DNA of 64,000 nt from positions 60,016 through 124,015 of the forward strand of contig JAGNKE010000004.1 of the NCBI GenBank assembly GCA_018000295.1. Direction: 5' to 3'. The stretch's first letter is position 1; each line of letters starts with the position of its first letter. The stretch is from Alphaproteobacteria bacterium (GTDB lineage Bacteria > Pseudomonadota > Alphaproteobacteria > Micavibrionales > Micavibrionaceae). Shown piece by piece: positions 9,201 to 25,578 of the stretch. Made by a program: the position numbers and the translations under genes. The notes below the pieces were generated by a model. The model was given only the letters and a program-made list of their open reading frames with translations. It ran no database searches and was not told the DNA's origin.

Positions 9201-10449
9201 GCAAGCCGAAATCGAGCGTCTGGCCAAAGACCGCGACGACGAGCGCCGCATCCTCGAAGATGGCTTCTACGGTCGTCTGGAACAAATGCTGGTCGGGCAG
9301 AAACTGGCCTCGGCTCCCAAGGAAGCCAAACTGAAAAAAGGCGAATCGATCAAGAAAGCCGATCTCGCGGAAATCAAGCGCGGCCTCTGGCGTCTTGTCT
9401 CTGTCGAAAGCGAGAAGCGCATGGCCGAGATTGAGGCTATGACCAAAACCTTCGATGCCGCCGTCGATGATCTCAAGAAACGCTTTGAAAACAAGGTCGA
9501 AAAACTGCAGCGCGGCGATGAACTGCCTCCTGGTGTGATGAAGATGGTCAAAGTCTTCGTGGCTGTAAAACGCAAGATGCAGCCAGGCGACAAGATGGCA
9601 GGACGTCACGGCAATAAGGGTGTGGTCTCCAAGATCATGCCGGCAGAGGACATGCCCTATCTGGATGACGGAACGCCTGTTGACCTCGTTCTGAACCCTC
9701 TGGGCGTGCCCTCGCGGATGAACGTGGGACAGATTCTCGAAACCCATCTGGGTTGGGCGTCCGCAAGCCTCGGCAAGCAGATCGGCCAGATTATCGCGGC
9801 CTTCGAAAACGCCAAAAAGCCGACCGAGCAGGAAATGAAAGACCTGCACGGCAAGCTCAAGGACGTTTACGGCGAACGCGAGTTCAAGGATCGTGTCAGC
9901 CAGCTTGAACAGGGCGACCTGATCGAGATGTGCAAGAACGTCAGCGTCGGTGTGCCGATGGCCACCCCCGTCTTCGACGGCGCACATGAACAGGACATCA
10001 CCGAGTTGCTGCAGAAGGCCGGCCTCGACCGCTCCGGTCAGGTCCGCCTGATCGACGGCCGCACAGGCGAATATTTCCACCGCCCGGTCACAGTCGGCTA
10101 CATGTACATGCTCAAGCTCCATCACCTTGTGGACGACAAGATTCACGCCCGTTCCATCGGGCCGTACTCTCTCGTCACGCAGCAGCCTCTGGGCGGTAAG
10201 GCCCAGTTCGGTGGCCAGCGCTTCGGGGAAATGGAAGTCTGGGCACTTCAGGCCTACGGTGCCGCCTATACGCTGCAGGAGATGCTGACCGTCAAGTCCG
10301 ACGACGTGGCGGGCCGCTCCAAGGTCTACGAGGCGATTGTGCGCGGTGAAGACAACTTCGAAATCGGCATCCCCGAATCCTTCAACGTCCTGACCAAGGA
10401 ACTGAAGGCTCTGGGCCTGAATGTCGATATGAAGCAAACCGCGAAGTAA
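6217..10449 (+). CDS. rpoB: DNA-directed RNA polymerase subunit beta
   Basis: 1410 aa with conserved blocks including [21 protein letters not shown] and [13 protein letters not shown]. Confidence 0.98.
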   Translation: MSAAKTSRAVTQANDISSFTGRKRIRRNFGRIREVAQMPNLIEVQRNSYELFLQKDVRAEDRALRGLQEVFSSVFPIKDFSDRAEIDFVKFEFEDPKYDVDECQQRGMTYAAPLRVTLRLSVFDVDPDSGLRSIRDIKEQDVYMVDMPQMTNNGTFVVNGTERVIVSQMHRSPGVFFDHDNGKTHVSGKYLFSARVIPYRGSWLDFEFDAKDIMFVRIDRRRKLPLTTLLRCLDSAETEKLRKKAEDKGEELDPLLVQGMSNEEILKTFYDVIVYEQDKKGWRTAFNPDRVRGIKLNYDLINAKTGRTVAKAGEKITARAAKKLAEAGLEEVRVESENLVGNFLAVDIFDQKTGLVLFEAGHEIAQEDFAKLEELGVSEIPVLSIDFLNVGPYIRNTLLADKCDTREAALVDIYRVMRPGEPPTVESAEALFQSLFFDAERYDLSSVGRVKMNARLDIQADDQFRVLSKADILAIVKYLHGLKDGRGEVDDIDNLGNRRVRSVGELMENQMRIGLLRMERAIRERMSSVDIDTYMPHDLINSKPAQAAVREFFGSSQLSQFMDQTNPLSEITHKRRLSALGPGGLTRERAGFEVRDVHPTHYGRICPIETPEGPNIGLINSLATFARVNKYGFIESPYRKVSKGKVTDEVIYMSAMEEAKYVIAQANSVLDKSGKFESELVSCRQAGENIMSQPETIEYIDVSPKQIVSVAASLIPFLENDDANRALMGSNMMRQAVPLLRSAAPIVGTGMEATVARDSGAAVSARRAGIVTKVDATRIVVQATEFENADDPVVDIYKLSKFQRSNQNTCINQRPLVKVGDEVKAGDIVADGPSTDLGELALGRNVLVAFMPWNGYNFEDSILISERIVSDDVFTSIHIEEFEVMARDTKLGTEEITRDIPNVGEEALKHLDEAGIVHIGAEVAPGDILVGKVTPKGESPMTPEEKLLRAIFGEKAADVKDTSLRLPPGAIGTIVEVRVFNRRGVDKDARALSIEQAEIERLAKDRDDERRILEDGFYGRLEQMLVGQKLASAPKEAKLKKGESIKKADLAEIKRGLWRLVSVESEKRMAEIEAMTKTFDAAVDDLKKRFENKVEKLQRGDELPPGVMKMVKVFVAVKRKMQPGDKMAGRHGNKGVVSKIMPAEDMPYLDDGTPVDLVLNPLGVPSRMNVGQILETHLGWASASLGKQIGQIIAAFENAKKPTEQEMKDLHGKLKDVYGEREFKDRVSQLEQGDLIEMCKNVSVGVPMATPVFDGAHEQDITELLQKAGLDRSGQVRLIDGRTGEYFHRPVTVGYMYMLKLHHLVDDKIHARSIGPYSLVTQQPLGGKAQFGGQRFGEMEVWALQAYGAAYTLQEMLTVKSDDVAGRSKVYEAIVRGEDNFEIGIPESFNVLTKELKALGLNVDMKQTAK

Positions 10450-10473
10450 GGGTAAGGGCGCACGGAAAGACTG

Positions 10474-11196
10474 ATGCAAGCGATCGCGACATTCCTGTCT
10501 GCACTCGTTCTGGCGGCGTCCATCGCCGCCGGAGGCTTGTTCCTGCGCGAGGGGATGATCCGCTTCAACGCGCAGCAGGGGGTTGTCTCCGTCAAGGGGC
10601 TGGCGGAAAAGAGCGTGGAGGCCGATCTGGGCGTCTGGCGCATATCCCACAGCGTCAAGGAATGGGACCTTCCTGCCGCTCGCCAGAAGCTGCAGACCAA
10701 CCAGCAGGCGATCGAATCCTTCCTGAAACAGAATGGCTTCGCACCAGAGGAGTACGCCCGCAAGAGCATTTCCCTTTTTCAGGGCCGCGAAGTCACCGCA
10801 CAGGTCGGAGAGGTCCAGGAATACAAGAACACCTTTGAAATGACCCAGACCATTACGGTCCGCAGTCCCAAGGTGCGGGAGATCGAAAAGGCCGCACAGA
10901 ATACCTTCGCCTTGATCGCGCAGGACGTTCTGCTCACCAATTCCGACCCGGTGTATATGTACACCAAACTGAACGAGGTCAAGCCGGACATGATCGCCGA
11001 GGCGACCCGTAACGCACGCGACGCGGCCACTCGCTTCGCGCAGGATTCCAACAGCAAGGTGGGAAAGATTCTTTCCGCCGATCAGGGATGGTTCAATATC
11101 CTCTCCGCATACGGCGACGAGGTGGAAAACGAACAGGCCTCGATCGAGAAAAAGGTGCGCGTAGTAACCACAGTGAATTTCACCCTGGTTGATTAA
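10474..11196 (+). CDS. SIMPL/DUF541-like periplasmic protein (BP26/YggE-like)
   Basis: 240 aa with the N-terminal hydrophobic anchor [24 protein letters not shown]. The architecture is SIMPL-like: V.V.G.AEK.VEADL after the anchor, an AT.NAR..A..FA helix, and the terminal strand [13 protein letters not shown]. It starts 24 nt after the rpoB stop and ends 37 nt before the rpoC start. Confidence 0.65.
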   Translation: MQAIATFLSALVLAASIAAGGLFLREGMIRFNAQQGVVSVKGLAEKSVEADLGVWRISHSVKEWDLPAARQKLQTNQQAIESFLKQNGFAPEEYARKSISLFQGREVTAQVGEVQEYKNTFEMTQTITVRSPKVREIEKAAQNTFALIAQDVLLTNSDPVYMYTKLNEVKPDMIAEATRNARDAATRFAQDSNSKVGKILSADQGWFNILSAYGDEVENEQASIEKKVRVVTTVNFTLVD

Positions 11197-11233
11197 AATC
11201 AGGACCAAGACAGAAGAGAAAAGGGCGAAGACG

Positions 11234-15445
<4,212 letters not shown>

Positions 15446-15475
15446 CACCGAATAATAATATGAACTGTATTTCTA

Positions 15476-15503
15476 AGAACCCCGAAAAGGGGTTCTTCTT
15501 TTA
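15476..15503. terminator. Bidirectional intrinsic terminator between convergent rpoC and the membrane-protein gene
   Basis: The stem AGAACCCC / GGGGTTCT has a GAAAA loop and is flanked by T-rich sequence (TCTTTTAT). Confidence 0.75.
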
Positions 15504-17228
15504 TGTGTGTTTACCCATCCTGACTTTGAAGCAAGAATAAAGAAAGAGAAATAGCCAGGCTACTAAGCCTGAAAGAGTGATCAAAGCGCCGACTTGCTCC
15601 TGAGGCAGAGCAGGTATGGAAAAAGACAATGTGTAGGCTCCTGGCGGTAAATTCACAGAAATCTGACCATAGGGCTCAAGAGGGCTTATCACCAAATCTT
15701 TGTGGTTGCCGTCTTCAAACGTAATCTGGGAACGCCAACCGACAAAATTAAATTGCCTCAAGATAAAAACTGTCGGATCTGGTGAATTAACTCGAAAAAC
15801 AATCTGCCTGGGCAAATTCTTCATAATCGTGACCTCGGCAAGAGGGCCGTCAAATCTCCATAGCGGGTACGCAGGCGTCTTTTCGACGAAATCATTGATG
15901 CTAACCCTCATTTCCTTGTTTTTCGGCATAAACTCGCCGGTAAGGATCCTGTTCTTGATACGGTATTCAAAAAACGCCGGGTCAGGATGCCACGAAAGCC
16001 TCACGAAGTTGAAGGTAAACAAACTGAGGGCAAAAAACGCGGCTGATATGAGGCAGAGGCTGTAAAAAGAGGTCAAACGGTCATTCTGTCTACCCGACGG
16101 AGGCATTGAAATAAAAAACGCGATCAAAGAAACGAAAAAAAAGTCCGAAAGCATCAGGAGCCGAAAAGGAAATTGAATTTTCTGTAAAGGTTCAAAAAGA
16201 ACCCAAAAGAAATGAGAAAAGGGCGTCATCAGGAAAAAACAAAAACCGGCAGAAAGCATGAAAGGAAGACCATCTTTGACTCTGCTTTCGTCCGAGTTGA
16301 TAAACAAATAAACAAACAGGGCAAGAGGAACAAAAAACTGAAAGCTGGCGATTGCAAAAAGCAGCGCTCCGTAGTTTTTGAAGACCGGAGGCCATGAAGA
16401 GGGGGGCCACCACAGGAACCATTGCTTGTAGTCATAAAAGGGGCCGCTCCAAAGCACCTGCGAACGCACGGAATCCAGGAGTGTTAAAGCAGGGTAAAGG
16501 TAAATGCCTGCAAGGCACCCGCCAAGAAAAAGACAAAACAGAAAAACGCCAAAGGCCGAAATCTTTTCAATACTACGGTTATGAGCAGTCAAAATACTGC
16601 AGCCCTTCGCAAAAACCAGAAAAGGTGTCACGAAAACGGCGCTGGGCAGGTGGGTGACAAGGAAAAGCGCATAGACTAGTGCCAGTAAGACACCAAGGGC
16701 ATACTTGGGGAAGGGCTGCCGTAAAGAAAGCAAAAACAGCAAGGGAATCCAAGCAAAGGCCGCAAATTCGGCCACGTTATTACGCTCGTAAACATCGATA
16801 AATAAATGGTAGGGCGCGATCATGTAAAGAAAGGCACCGACAACAGAAGCGTACCTTGAACAAAAAGATGAAAGCCAAAAGTAGCAGGTAATGCCTGATA
16901 AAATTAGGAAGAAAGAAACGTTAAAAATTAGAACATGAAGAGTATCAAACTGTTGAAGTCCGACGATATCAATAAAGTAGCTGACGTAATAAATCAGGGG
17001 AGGATAAAAAAACAGATTGGCGCCTCCAAAGCCGTGATTGATATTATGAAGCCACCTTGGGTATAGCTCTCCAGCTTGTACTTGTTCTTTAAATGCTTCA
17101 TAGGCTATGATTTGGTTCTTGTAGTCATCTCCGATGGGAAAACCGTTGAAAAACACAAACCAAAGAGCTCCTAAACCCATCAAGGCGATTAGGAAAAGAT
17201 CAACAAATACAGATCTTCTAATAAGCAA
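15501..17228 (-). CDS. Polytopic membrane protein, GT-C-like glycosyltransferase fold (PTPS-related/YfhO/ArnT-like)
   Basis: 575 aa with many TM segments. The N-terminal motif GDDYKNQI....F..QV.AGELYPRW....N.GFGGANLFFYPPLIYY recalls the membrane PTPS-related family. GC is clearly lower than in rpoC and rpsL. Confidence 0.5.
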   Translation of the reverse strand: MLIRRSVFVDLFLIALMGLGALWFVFFNGFPIGDDYKNQIIAYEAFKEQVQAGELYPRWLHNINHGFGGANLFFYPPLIYYVSYFIDIVGLQQFDTLHVLIFNVSFFLILSGITCYFWLSSFCSRYASVVGAFLYMIAPYHLFIDVYERNNVAEFAAFAWIPLLFLLSLRQPFPKYALGVLLALVYALFLVTHLPSAVFVTPFLVFAKGCSILTAHNRSIEKISAFGVFLFCLFLGGCLAGIYLYPALTLLDSVRSQVLWSGPFYDYKQWFLWWPPSSWPPVFKNYGALLFAIASFQFFVPLALFVYLFINSDESRVKDGLPFMLSAGFCFFLMTPFSHFFWVLFEPLQKIQFPFRLLMLSDFFFVSLIAFFISMPPSGRQNDRLTSFYSLCLISAAFFALSLFTFNFVRLSWHPDPAFFEYRIKNRILTGEFMPKNKEMRVSINDFVEKTPAYPLWRFDGPLAEVTIMKNLPRQIVFRVNSPDPTVFILRQFNFVGWRSQITFEDGNHKDLVISPLEPYGQISVNLPPGAYTLSFSIPALPQEQVGALITLSGLVAWLFLFLYSCFKVRMGKHT

Positions 17229-17320
17229 GGCTAATCCCCGTAAAACATATCCTTACAAGCTCCCTTAAACAATAGGGGCTTTGAGAACAGGCGGCAAACA
17301 GCTTTTAACAGATTCAAAGC

Positions 17321-17349
17321 TTGACACTCTTTTGACCCACAGCTATAGT
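17321..17349 (+). promoter_or_regulatory. Near-consensus sigma70 promoter (TTGACA-N17-TATAGT) upstream of rpsL
   Basis: The hexamers were read directly and lie about 330 nt upstream of the rpsL start codon. Confidence 0.55.
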
Positions 17350-17571
17350 CCGCGCCACTGATTACGGATTGGCTGGCTGTAAGCCGTTTCCGGGCCAAAG
17401 AATCGGCCTGTAAAAGGAGCTTAAACGCAGCTGTAGGCTTTATCGAAAGGGCTCGGGGTTGACCCCCAAAAGCACCAAGTAGGTCAAGCGCAACATCCGC
17501 CAATAAAGTGCTTGGATCTTCTTTAGCGCGGACCAGGCGGGCGGATGCTCTGCGGAAAAATGCGGATGTCA

Positions 17572-17600
17572 CTTGACAACCCGCAAAAATCCGCGCTACA
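17572..17600 (+). promoter_or_regulatory. Second promoter-like element (TTGACA-N17-CTACAT) upstream of rpsL
   Basis: The -35 hexamer is perfect and the -10 hexamer is weaker. It lies about 80 nt upstream of the rpsL start. Confidence 0.35.
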
Positions 17601-17679
17601 TGCCGCCATCCATGAAAGAAAATGCACGGCCCTGCGGTGCGGGGTTTTAATTTTGTTTAACGAAGGAGTGGGCAAAACG

Positions 17680-18051
17680 ATGCCAACCATTCAGCAGTTG
17701 ATCCGCAAGCCGCGGCAAAAAACGGTAAAACGCAAAAAGAACCGGGCGCTCAAAAGCAATCCGCAGCGCCGCGGCGTATGCACCCGCGTCTATACGACAA
17801 CCCCGAAAAAGCCGAACTCCGCGCTTCGGAAGGTTGCCAAGGTGCGTCTGACCACGGGCCTTGAGGTCATCTGCTACATCCCCGGCGAAGGTCACAATCT
17901 TCAAGAGCACTCCGTTGTTCTGGTCCGCGGGGGTCGGGTCAAGGACTTACCGGGCGTTCGCTATACGATCATCCGCGGAACCCTGGACACGCAGGGGGTT
18001 AAGGACCGCAGGAAGTCCCGTTCCCGTTACGGCGCCAAACGCCCGAAATAA
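17680..18051 (+). CDS. rpsL: 30S ribosomal protein uS12
   Basis: 123 aa from [12 protein letters not shown], with the motif [11 protein letters not shown]. The track ORF is extended 45 codons upstream (17545), which I reject. Confidence 0.97.
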   Translation: MPTIQQLIRKPRQKTVKRKKNRALKSNPQRRGVCTRVYTTTPKKPNSALRKVAKVRLTTGLEVICYIPGEGHNLQEHSVVLVRGGRVKDLPGVRYTIIRGTLDTQGVKDRRKSRSRYGAKRPK

Positions 18052-18062
18052 GTATTAAGTGA

Positions 18063-18623
<561 letters not shown>

Positions 18624-18668
18624 TGACGCAGAATAAATAAGTAAACGGAACGGATAAAGAGAGACATC

Positions 18669-20783
18669 ATGGCACGCGAATACCCCTTGGACCGCTACCG
18701 CAACTTCGGGATTATGGCCCATATCGACGCTGGCAAGACCACGACGACCGAACGCGTTCTGTACTACACCGGCAAGTCCCACAAGATCGGCGAAGTGCAT
18801 GACGGTGCCGCCACCATGGACTGGATGGAGCAGGAGCAGGAGCGTGGGATCACGATTACCTCTGCCGCCACGACCACCTTCTGGAAAGGCCCGGAAAACG
18901 GAACATACCCTGGTGAAATGTTCCGCCTGAACATCATTGATACCCCCGGACACGTGGATTTCACGATTGAAGTCGAGCGCTCATTGCGCGTTCTTGACGG
19001 AGCTGTATGTCTGCTCGACGGCAACCAGGGCGTGGAGCCGCAGACCGAAACCGTCTGGCGTCAGGCTGACAAATACCGTGTCCCACGGATCATATTTGCC
19101 AACAAAATGGACAAAATCGGCGCCGATTTCTACGATTGCGTGGACAGCGTCAAAAAGCGTCTCGGCATTAATCCTCTTATTTTGACTCTTCCCATAGGTC
19201 TCGAAAGCGATTTCGTAGGCATCGTGGACCTTCTGAACATGAATGCGGTCATCTGGAACGCCGAAACCCTCGGAGCGTCCTTTGACATCGTTGAAATCCC
19301 CGCCGATCTTAAGGATAAGGCCAAGGAATACCGCGAAAAGCTCATCGAGCAGGCCGTAGAAATGGATGACGCCGCGATGGAGATGTATCTGGAAGGAAAA
19401 GAGCCGGATATCGCTACGCTCAAAAAATGTATCCGCAGGGGTACGATTGCCTTCAAAATTATTCCTATGATGTGCGGCTCGGCCTTCAAGAATAAAGGCG
19501 TACAGCCTCTGCTGGACGCGGTCGTCGATTATCTGCCCGGTCCGCTGGATGTGGGCGAAATGAAGGGCAAAAAGGTGGATTCCGATGAGGATGAAATCCG
19601 CAAACCTGACGATGCCGAGCCCTTCTCCGCTCTGGCCTTCAAGATTATGAACGACCCGTACGTAGGGACTCTCACATTCGCACGGATTTACTCGGGCGTG
19701 ATTGAATCCGGTTCGTATGTGCAAAACTCTGTTAAGGGTAAGCGCGAGCGTGTGGGCCGGATGCTGCTCATGCACTCCAATAACCGCGAGGAAATCAGTA
19801 TCGCGCACGCCGGAGATATCGTAGCGTTCGTAGGTCTCAAGGAAACAACAACCGGAGACACGCTCTGCGACGTCAACAAACAGGTTGTTCTTGAGCGCAT
19901 GGAGTTTCCCGAGCCCGTCATCGAAATTGCGGTAGAGCCGAAAACCAAAAGCGATCAGGAAAAAATGGGCATGGCGCTCCAGCGTCTAGCGGCCGAAGAT
20001 CCGTCTTTCCGCGTGTCCGTTGACCACGAGTCCGGTCAGACAATCATGAAGGGCATGGGCGAACTCCACCTCGACATTCTCGTGGACCGTATGCGCCGCG
20101 AATTTAAAGTGGAAGCCAATATCGGTAAGCCGCAGGTGGCTTACCGCGAGACGATCACAAGAAAAGCCAGCGTGACCTACACGCACAAGAAACAGACCGG
20201 CGGTGCCGGCCAGTTCGCAAAAATCGAGTTGGTTTTTGAACCGGGCGAACGCGGATCAGGCTTCGAATTTGAAAGCAAGATCGTCGGCGGCGCAGTTCCA
20301 AGGGAATACATCCCCGGCGTAGAAAAGGGTTTGGGTGTCGCCAAGGAAACAGGTGTCATCGTTGGCTTCCCCTGCGTGGATCTGAAGATCGCCCTCGTGG
20401 ACGGTTCGTACCACGATGTGGACTCCTCCGTTCTCGCCTTCGAAATCGCGGCCAAAGCCGCCTTTAAGGAAGGGATGGCGAAGGCTGGACCCCAGCTCCT
20501 TGAGCCGATGATGAAGGTCGAGGTCGTAACGCCCGAGGAGTACATGGGCGACATTATCGGCGATCTGAACTCCCGCCGTGGACAGATCAACAACATGGAA
20601 AATCGCGGAAATGCAAAGGTGATCACCGCTCTTGTGCCTCTGGCCCAGATGTTCGGCTACATCAACGATCTGCGTTCCAAATCGCAGGGCCGCGCACAAT
20701 ACACCATGCAGTTTGACCACTACGAGCCCGTCCCCTCCAACATCGCCGACGAGGTCAGGGCCAGCCTCGGCGGCAAAAGCTAA
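18669..20783 (+). CDS. fusA: Elongation factor G
   Basis: 704 aa with G-domain motifs [20 protein letters not shown] and NKMD. Confidence 0.98.
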   Translation: MAREYPLDRYRNFGIMAHIDAGKTTTTERVLYYTGKSHKIGEVHDGAATMDWMEQEQERGITITSAATTTFWKGPENGTYPGEMFRLNIIDTPGHVDFTIEVERSLRVLDGAVCLLDGNQGVEPQTETVWRQADKYRVPRIIFANKMDKIGADFYDCVDSVKKRLGINPLILTLPIGLESDFVGIVDLLNMNAVIWNAETLGASFDIVEIPADLKDKAKEYREKLIEQAVEMDDAAMEMYLEGKEPDIATLKKCIRRGTIAFKIIPMMCGSAFKNKGVQPLLDAVVDYLPGPLDVGEMKGKKVDSDEDEIRKPDDAEPFSALAFKIMNDPYVGTLTFARIYSGVIESGSYVQNSVKGKRERVGRMLLMHSNNREEISIAHAGDIVAFVGLKETTTGDTLCDVNKQVVLERMEFPEPVIEIAVEPKTKSDQEKMGMALQRLAAEDPSFRVSVDHESGQTIMKGMGELHLDILVDRMRREFKVEANIGKPQVAYRETITRKASVTYTHKKQTGGAGQFAKIELVFEPGERGSGFEFESKIVGGAVPREYIPGVEKGLGVAKETGVIVGFPCVDLKIALVDGSYHDVDSSVLAFEIAAKAAFKEGMAKAGPQLLEPMMKVEVVTPEEYMGDIIGDLNSRRGQINNMENRGNAKVITALVPLAQMFGYINDLRSKSQGRAQYTMQFDHYEPVPSNIADEVRASLGGKS

Positions 20784-20818
20784 CGTTTGAAAAGAAATTT
20801 TAAGGAAGGAAAAAGATC

Positions 20819-21997
<1,179 letters not shown>

Positions 21998-22023
21998 GAA
22001 CGCGAAAGGCACAGGAATAAACC

Positions 22024-22344
22024 ATGGAAACGCAAAGCATACGCATAACGCTCAAGGCCTTTGACCACCGCATCCTCGATACGGCGGCTTCGGAGATCGT
22101 GAATACGGCAAAACGAACCGGCGCCCGCGTTCGCGGCCCCGTGCCTTTGCCAAACCGCATCAAGCGCTTTACGGTCATCCGTTCCCCGCACGTGGACAAG
22201 CGTTCGCAGGAACAGTTCGAAATGCGGACCCACAAGCGGCTGATGGATATTGAAGACCCCACCCCCCAGACGATCGATGCTCTCATGAAGCTCGACCTTC
22301 CCTCCGGCGTGGATGTCGAAATCAAGATCGGTCAGGCGGCATAA
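22024..22344 (+). CDS. rpsJ: 30S ribosomal protein uS10
   Basis: 106 aa with the motif [14 protein letters not shown]. Confidence 0.97.
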   Translation: METQSIRITLKAFDHRILDTAASEIVNTAKRTGARVRGPVPLPNRIKRFTVIRSPHVDKRSQEQFEMRTHKRLMDIEDPTPQTIDALMKLDLPSGVDVEIKIGQAA

Positions 22345-22370
22345 GAAAAGAAATATTGGGGATTAACGCT

Positions 22371-22628
22371 ATGGCTAAAATTCTGAGATTTAAGGACGGA
22401 CAGATGATCAGCACGGACCGCATTACCGGGCTCGTGAAATTCGACCGCTATCCGGACAATACGCCAGTGGTGCAGGTCACAGGCATTGATGGTCATGTCA
22501 CCATCGAATGCGGCAGCGCTGCGGAGCAGGAGCAGGTGCTGCATACCCTTGGCAAGAAACTGGAAAGATATCATGACATTGAGGATATGACCGACCTCGA
22601 TGATAATATCAGCAAGAAAGTTAATTAA
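22371..22628 (+). CDS. Hypothetical 85-aa protein inserted between rpsJ and rplC
   Basis: An ATG at 22371 is preceded by GGGGA (the track starts at the TTG at 22356). The ORF runs in the same direction as the operon, 26 nt after rpsJ and 12 nt before rplC. It has an acidic C-terminus (DIEDMTDLDDN). I recognise no family. Confidence 0.5.
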   Translation: MAKILRFKDGQMISTDRITGLVKFDRYPDNTPVVQVTGIDGHVTIECGSAAEQEQVLHTLGKKLERYHDIEDMTDLDDNISKKVN

Positions 22629-22640
22629 AGGAAAACTGTT

Positions 22641-23399
22641 ATGAGAACAGGATTGATCGCAAGAAAAGAAGGCATGAGCCGGGTATTCGACGCCGAAGGG
22701 CGCCAGGTTCCCGTGACGGTGCTGAAGGTGGATGATTGTCAGGTCGTGTCGGTCCGCAGCGAGGCGAAAGATGGCTACGTCGCGCTCCAGATTGGCGCGG
22801 GCAAGGCGAAGGTCAAGCGCACAAGCAAATCCAACCGCGGCCATTTCGCCAAGGCGAAGGTCGAGCCGAAGAAAAAACTCGCCGAATTCCGTGTCACGAA
22901 TGAAAATGTTCTCGATGTTGGGGCCGAATTGGGCGTGAATCACTTTGTTCCCGGCCAGTTCGTCGATGTCACCGGCACGACGATCGGTAAGGGCTTCGCC
23001 GGCGGTATGAAACGCCATAATTTCGGCGGTCTTCGGGCTTCGCACGGCGTATCCGTCTCGCACCGTTCGCACGGTTCGACAGGTCAGCGTCAGGATCCTG
23101 GCCGCGTGTTCAAGGGCAAAAGAATGGCCGGACACATGGGCGATGTCCGTGCGACCAGCCAGAATCTGCTGGTCGTGGATGTGGACACCGACCTAGGCAT
23201 CATCCTCGTAAAGGGTGCGGTCCCCGGGGCGGAAAAGGGCTGGGTTTTGATCCGCGATGCGGTTAAGAAGCCCCTGCCCAAGGACGCGCCATTCCCGGCC
23301 GGTCTGAAACAGGCGGCTTCCGCTGCAAATGCGGAGGAAGAGTCTGCCGGGCCTGCACCGCAGGCAGAAAACGAAAATTCCGGTGAGGCAAAGGAATAA
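22641..23399 (+). CDS. rplC: 50S ribosomal protein uL3
   Basis: 252 aa with motifs [18 protein letters not shown] and [14 protein letters not shown]. It has a C-terminal extension of about 40 aa. Confidence 0.96.
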   Translation: MRTGLIARKEGMSRVFDAEGRQVPVTVLKVDDCQVVSVRSEAKDGYVALQIGAGKAKVKRTSKSNRGHFAKAKVEPKKKLAEFRVTNENVLDVGAELGVNHFVPGQFVDVTGTTIGKGFAGGMKRHNFGGLRASHGVSVSHRSHGSTGQRQDPGRVFKGKRMAGHMGDVRATSQNLLVVDVDTDLGIILVKGAVPGAEKGWVLIRDAVKKPLPKDAPFPAGLKQAASAANAEEESAGPAPQAENENSGEAKE

Positions 23400-23402
23400 C
23401 CC

Positions 23403-24029
23403 ATGAAACTCGCAGTCAAAAATCTTGATAACAAGAACGTCGGTGAAATCACCCTCGATGAATCCGTATTCGGCGTCGAGGTGCGTAAGGACATTCTGCA
23501 CCGCATGGTGAACTATCAACTCTCCAAGCGCCGTGCAGGCACTCACAAGGTGCAGATGCGCTCCGAAGTTACTGGAACGGGCGCAAAGCCCTGGAAGCAA
23601 AAAGGCACGGGCCGCGCCCGGGCAGGCGACCTGAAAAGGCCGCAGGATCGTGGCGGCGGTGTGGTCTTCGGCCCGCATGTCCGTTCCCACGCATTCGATT
23701 TGCCGAAAAAGATTCGCAAGCTGGCCTTGAAAATCGCCCTGTCGGCCAAGGCAGCAGAAGGCAAGATCGTCATCATCGACGAAGTCAAGGCCAAGGAACA
23801 CAAGACCAAGCCGATGGCCGCAGCTCTCGCGAAACTGGGCATCAACTCAGCCCTCATCGTCGGCGGCAAGGAAATCGACGTGAATTTCGCCCGCGCAACG
23901 GCGAACATTCCGAGCATAGATGTTTTGACGTCTCAGGGGGCAAACGTGTATGACATCCTGCGCCGCGACGTTTTGGTGCTGACAAAGGAAGCGGTCAACG
24001 ACCTGACGGAAAAACTCAAGAGCGAATAA
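23403..24029 (+). CDS. rplD: 50S ribosomal protein uL4
   Basis: 208 aa in the conserved position, with a uL4-like sequence ([14 protein letters not shown]). Confidence 0.95.
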   Translation: MKLAVKNLDNKNVGEITLDESVFGVEVRKDILHRMVNYQLSKRRAGTHKVQMRSEVTGTGAKPWKQKGTGRARAGDLKRPQDRGGGVVFGPHVRSHAFDLPKKIRKLALKIALSAKAAEGKIVIIDEVKAKEHKTKPMAAALAKLGINSALIVGGKEIDVNFARATANIPSIDVLTSQGANVYDILRRDVLVLTKEAVNDLTEKLKSE

Positions 24030-24052
24030 GGCACAGAAAAAGGATTGAGGCG

Positions 24053-24367
24053 ATGGCAAAGGCAAAAAAAGCAGAAGCGGCAGAATGGATGTACGAAATC
24101 ATCCGCCGTCCGCATGTGACCGAAAAGGCGACGATGGGCAGCCAGAACGCCCAGTTGACCTTCCGCGTCCCTGTCGAGGCGACGAAACCCAGGATCAAAC
24201 AGGCGGTAGAAGTTCTCTTCGGTGTAAAGGTGAAATCCGTCAATACATTGATTCAAAAGGGTAAGACCAAGCGTTTCCGGGGAATGAAAGGCCGCCGCTC
24301 CGATTTCAAAAAGGCGATCATCACTCTGGAGCCCGGACAGACGATCGATACCGAAACAGGAATTTAA
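24053..24367 (+). CDS. rplW: 50S ribosomal protein uL23
   Basis: 104 aa in the conserved position, with the motif [11 protein letters not shown]. Confidence 0.95.
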   Translation: MAKAKKAEAAEWMYEIIRRPHVTEKATMGSQNAQLTFRVPVEATKPRIKQAVEVLFGVKVKSVNTLIQKGKTKRFRGMKGRRSDFKKAIITLEPGQTIDTETGI

Positions 24368-24426
24368 GAGCGTAAAGTTTTAACTATGGTGGTCCGCCGA
24401 TAAGGGATGATTAAAGGAAGAAGACG

Positions 24427-25257
24427 ATGGCACTGAAAAAATACAACCCTGTAACGCCCAGTCAGCGTCAGCTGATTCAGGTGGACCGCAAGGGACTCTG
24501 GAAAGGCGCACCGGAAAAGAAACTGACCGAAGGCAAGAAAAAGAGCGGCGGCCGCAATAACCACGGCCACATCACAACGCGCCATATCGGCGGCGGTCAC
24601 AAACAGCGCTACCGCATCATCGACTGGAAGCGTGATAAGAGAGACATCGAAGGCACCGTCCTGCGTCTGGAATACGACCCGAACCGCACGGCCTTCATCG
24701 CCCTGATCGAATATCCTGACGGTGATCGCCGCTATATCATCGCGCCCCAGCGTCTGGCGCCCGGCGCGAAAATCGTCGCGGGCGAAAGCGCGGACATCAA
24801 GCCCGGCAACGCCCTCCCGCTCAAAAATATGCCCGTGGGCACAATCATTCACAATATCGAAATGAAACCCGGCAAGGGCGCACAGATGGTCCGCTCCGCC
24901 GGAACCTTCGCGCAGCTTGTGGGCCGCGATCAGGGCTACGCCCAAATCCGTCTGGCATCCGGTGAGCTGCGCGTCGTCAGCGCCGAGTGCATGGCGACCG
25001 TGGGCGCAGTTTCTAACCCCGACCACATGAACGCCAACGACGGCAAGGCCGGACGCACCCGCTGGAAGGGCCGCCGCCCGACGGTCCGAGGCGTGGCCAT
25101 GAACCCGGTCGATCACCCGCACGGAGGCGGCGAGGGCCGTACATCGGGCGGACGTCATCCGGTTTCCCCGTGGGGCAAGCCAACCAAGGGCTATAAGACA
25201 CGCAAGAAGGCCAAGTGGACGAACAAGTCGATCATCCGCCGCCGTAAGAAGAAATAA
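24427..25257 (+). CDS. rplB: 50S ribosomal protein uL2
   Basis: 276 aa with motifs GGGHKQRYR and HPHGGGEGR. Confidence 0.98.
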   Translation: MALKKYNPVTPSQRQLIQVDRKGLWKGAPEKKLTEGKKKSGGRNNHGHITTRHIGGGHKQRYRIIDWKRDKRDIEGTVLRLEYDPNRTAFIALIEYPDGDRRYIIAPQRLAPGAKIVAGESADIKPGNALPLKNMPVGTIIHNIEMKPGKGAQMVRSAGTFAQLVGRDQGYAQIRLASGELRVVSAECMATVGAVSNPDHMNANDGKAGRTRWKGRRPTVRGVAMNPVDHPHGGGEGRTSGGRHPVSPWGKPTKGYKTRKKAKWTNKSIIRRRKKK

Positions 25258-25276
25258 GGTTTAAGGAGCAAAACAC

Positions 25277-25558
25277 ATGGCACGTAGCGTTTGGAAAGGC
25301 CCGTTCATTGAGAGAAATCTCCTCAAGAAGATCGAGGAGGCTCGTACGAGCGGCAAGAACACCATCATCAAAACCTGGTCGCGCCGCTCGACCATCCTGC
25401 CCAACATGGTGGGACTGACGTTTGGTGTCCACAATGGCCGGAAGTTCATCCCTGTTCTGGTGACAGACCAGATGATCGGCCATAAATTGGGCGAATTCGC
25501 GCCGACCCGCTCGTTCACCGGTCACGGCGGCGACAAGAAGGCGACCAAGGAAGCATAA
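25277..25558 (+). CDS. rpsS: 30S ribosomal protein uS19
   Basis: 93 aa starting [10 protein letters not shown]. Confidence 0.97.
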   Translation: MARSVWKGPFIERNLLKKIEEARTSGKNTIIKTWSRRSTILPNMVGLTFGVHNGRKFIPVLVTDQMIGHKLGEFAPTRSFTGHGGDKKATKEA

Positions 25559-25578
25559 GGTAAGAAGGAAAATATATC

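Noticed and set aside
11189-11233. Upstream-extended starts offered by the ORF track for rpoC. The same applies to rpsL 17545, rplQ 39421, acyl-CoA dehydrogenase 49554, cysQ 58093, rplF 30071 and gene B 44298.
   Set aside because: Conserved N-termini ([53 protein letters not shown]) begin at internal Met codons. The extensions overlap upstream genes or leaders. The rplQ case is kept as a low-interest open question.
17231-17572. 113-aa minus-strand ORF in the rpsL upstream region.
   Set aside because: It has no RBS or motifs and overlaps two + strand promoter-like elements. The region is better explained as a leader or promoter.
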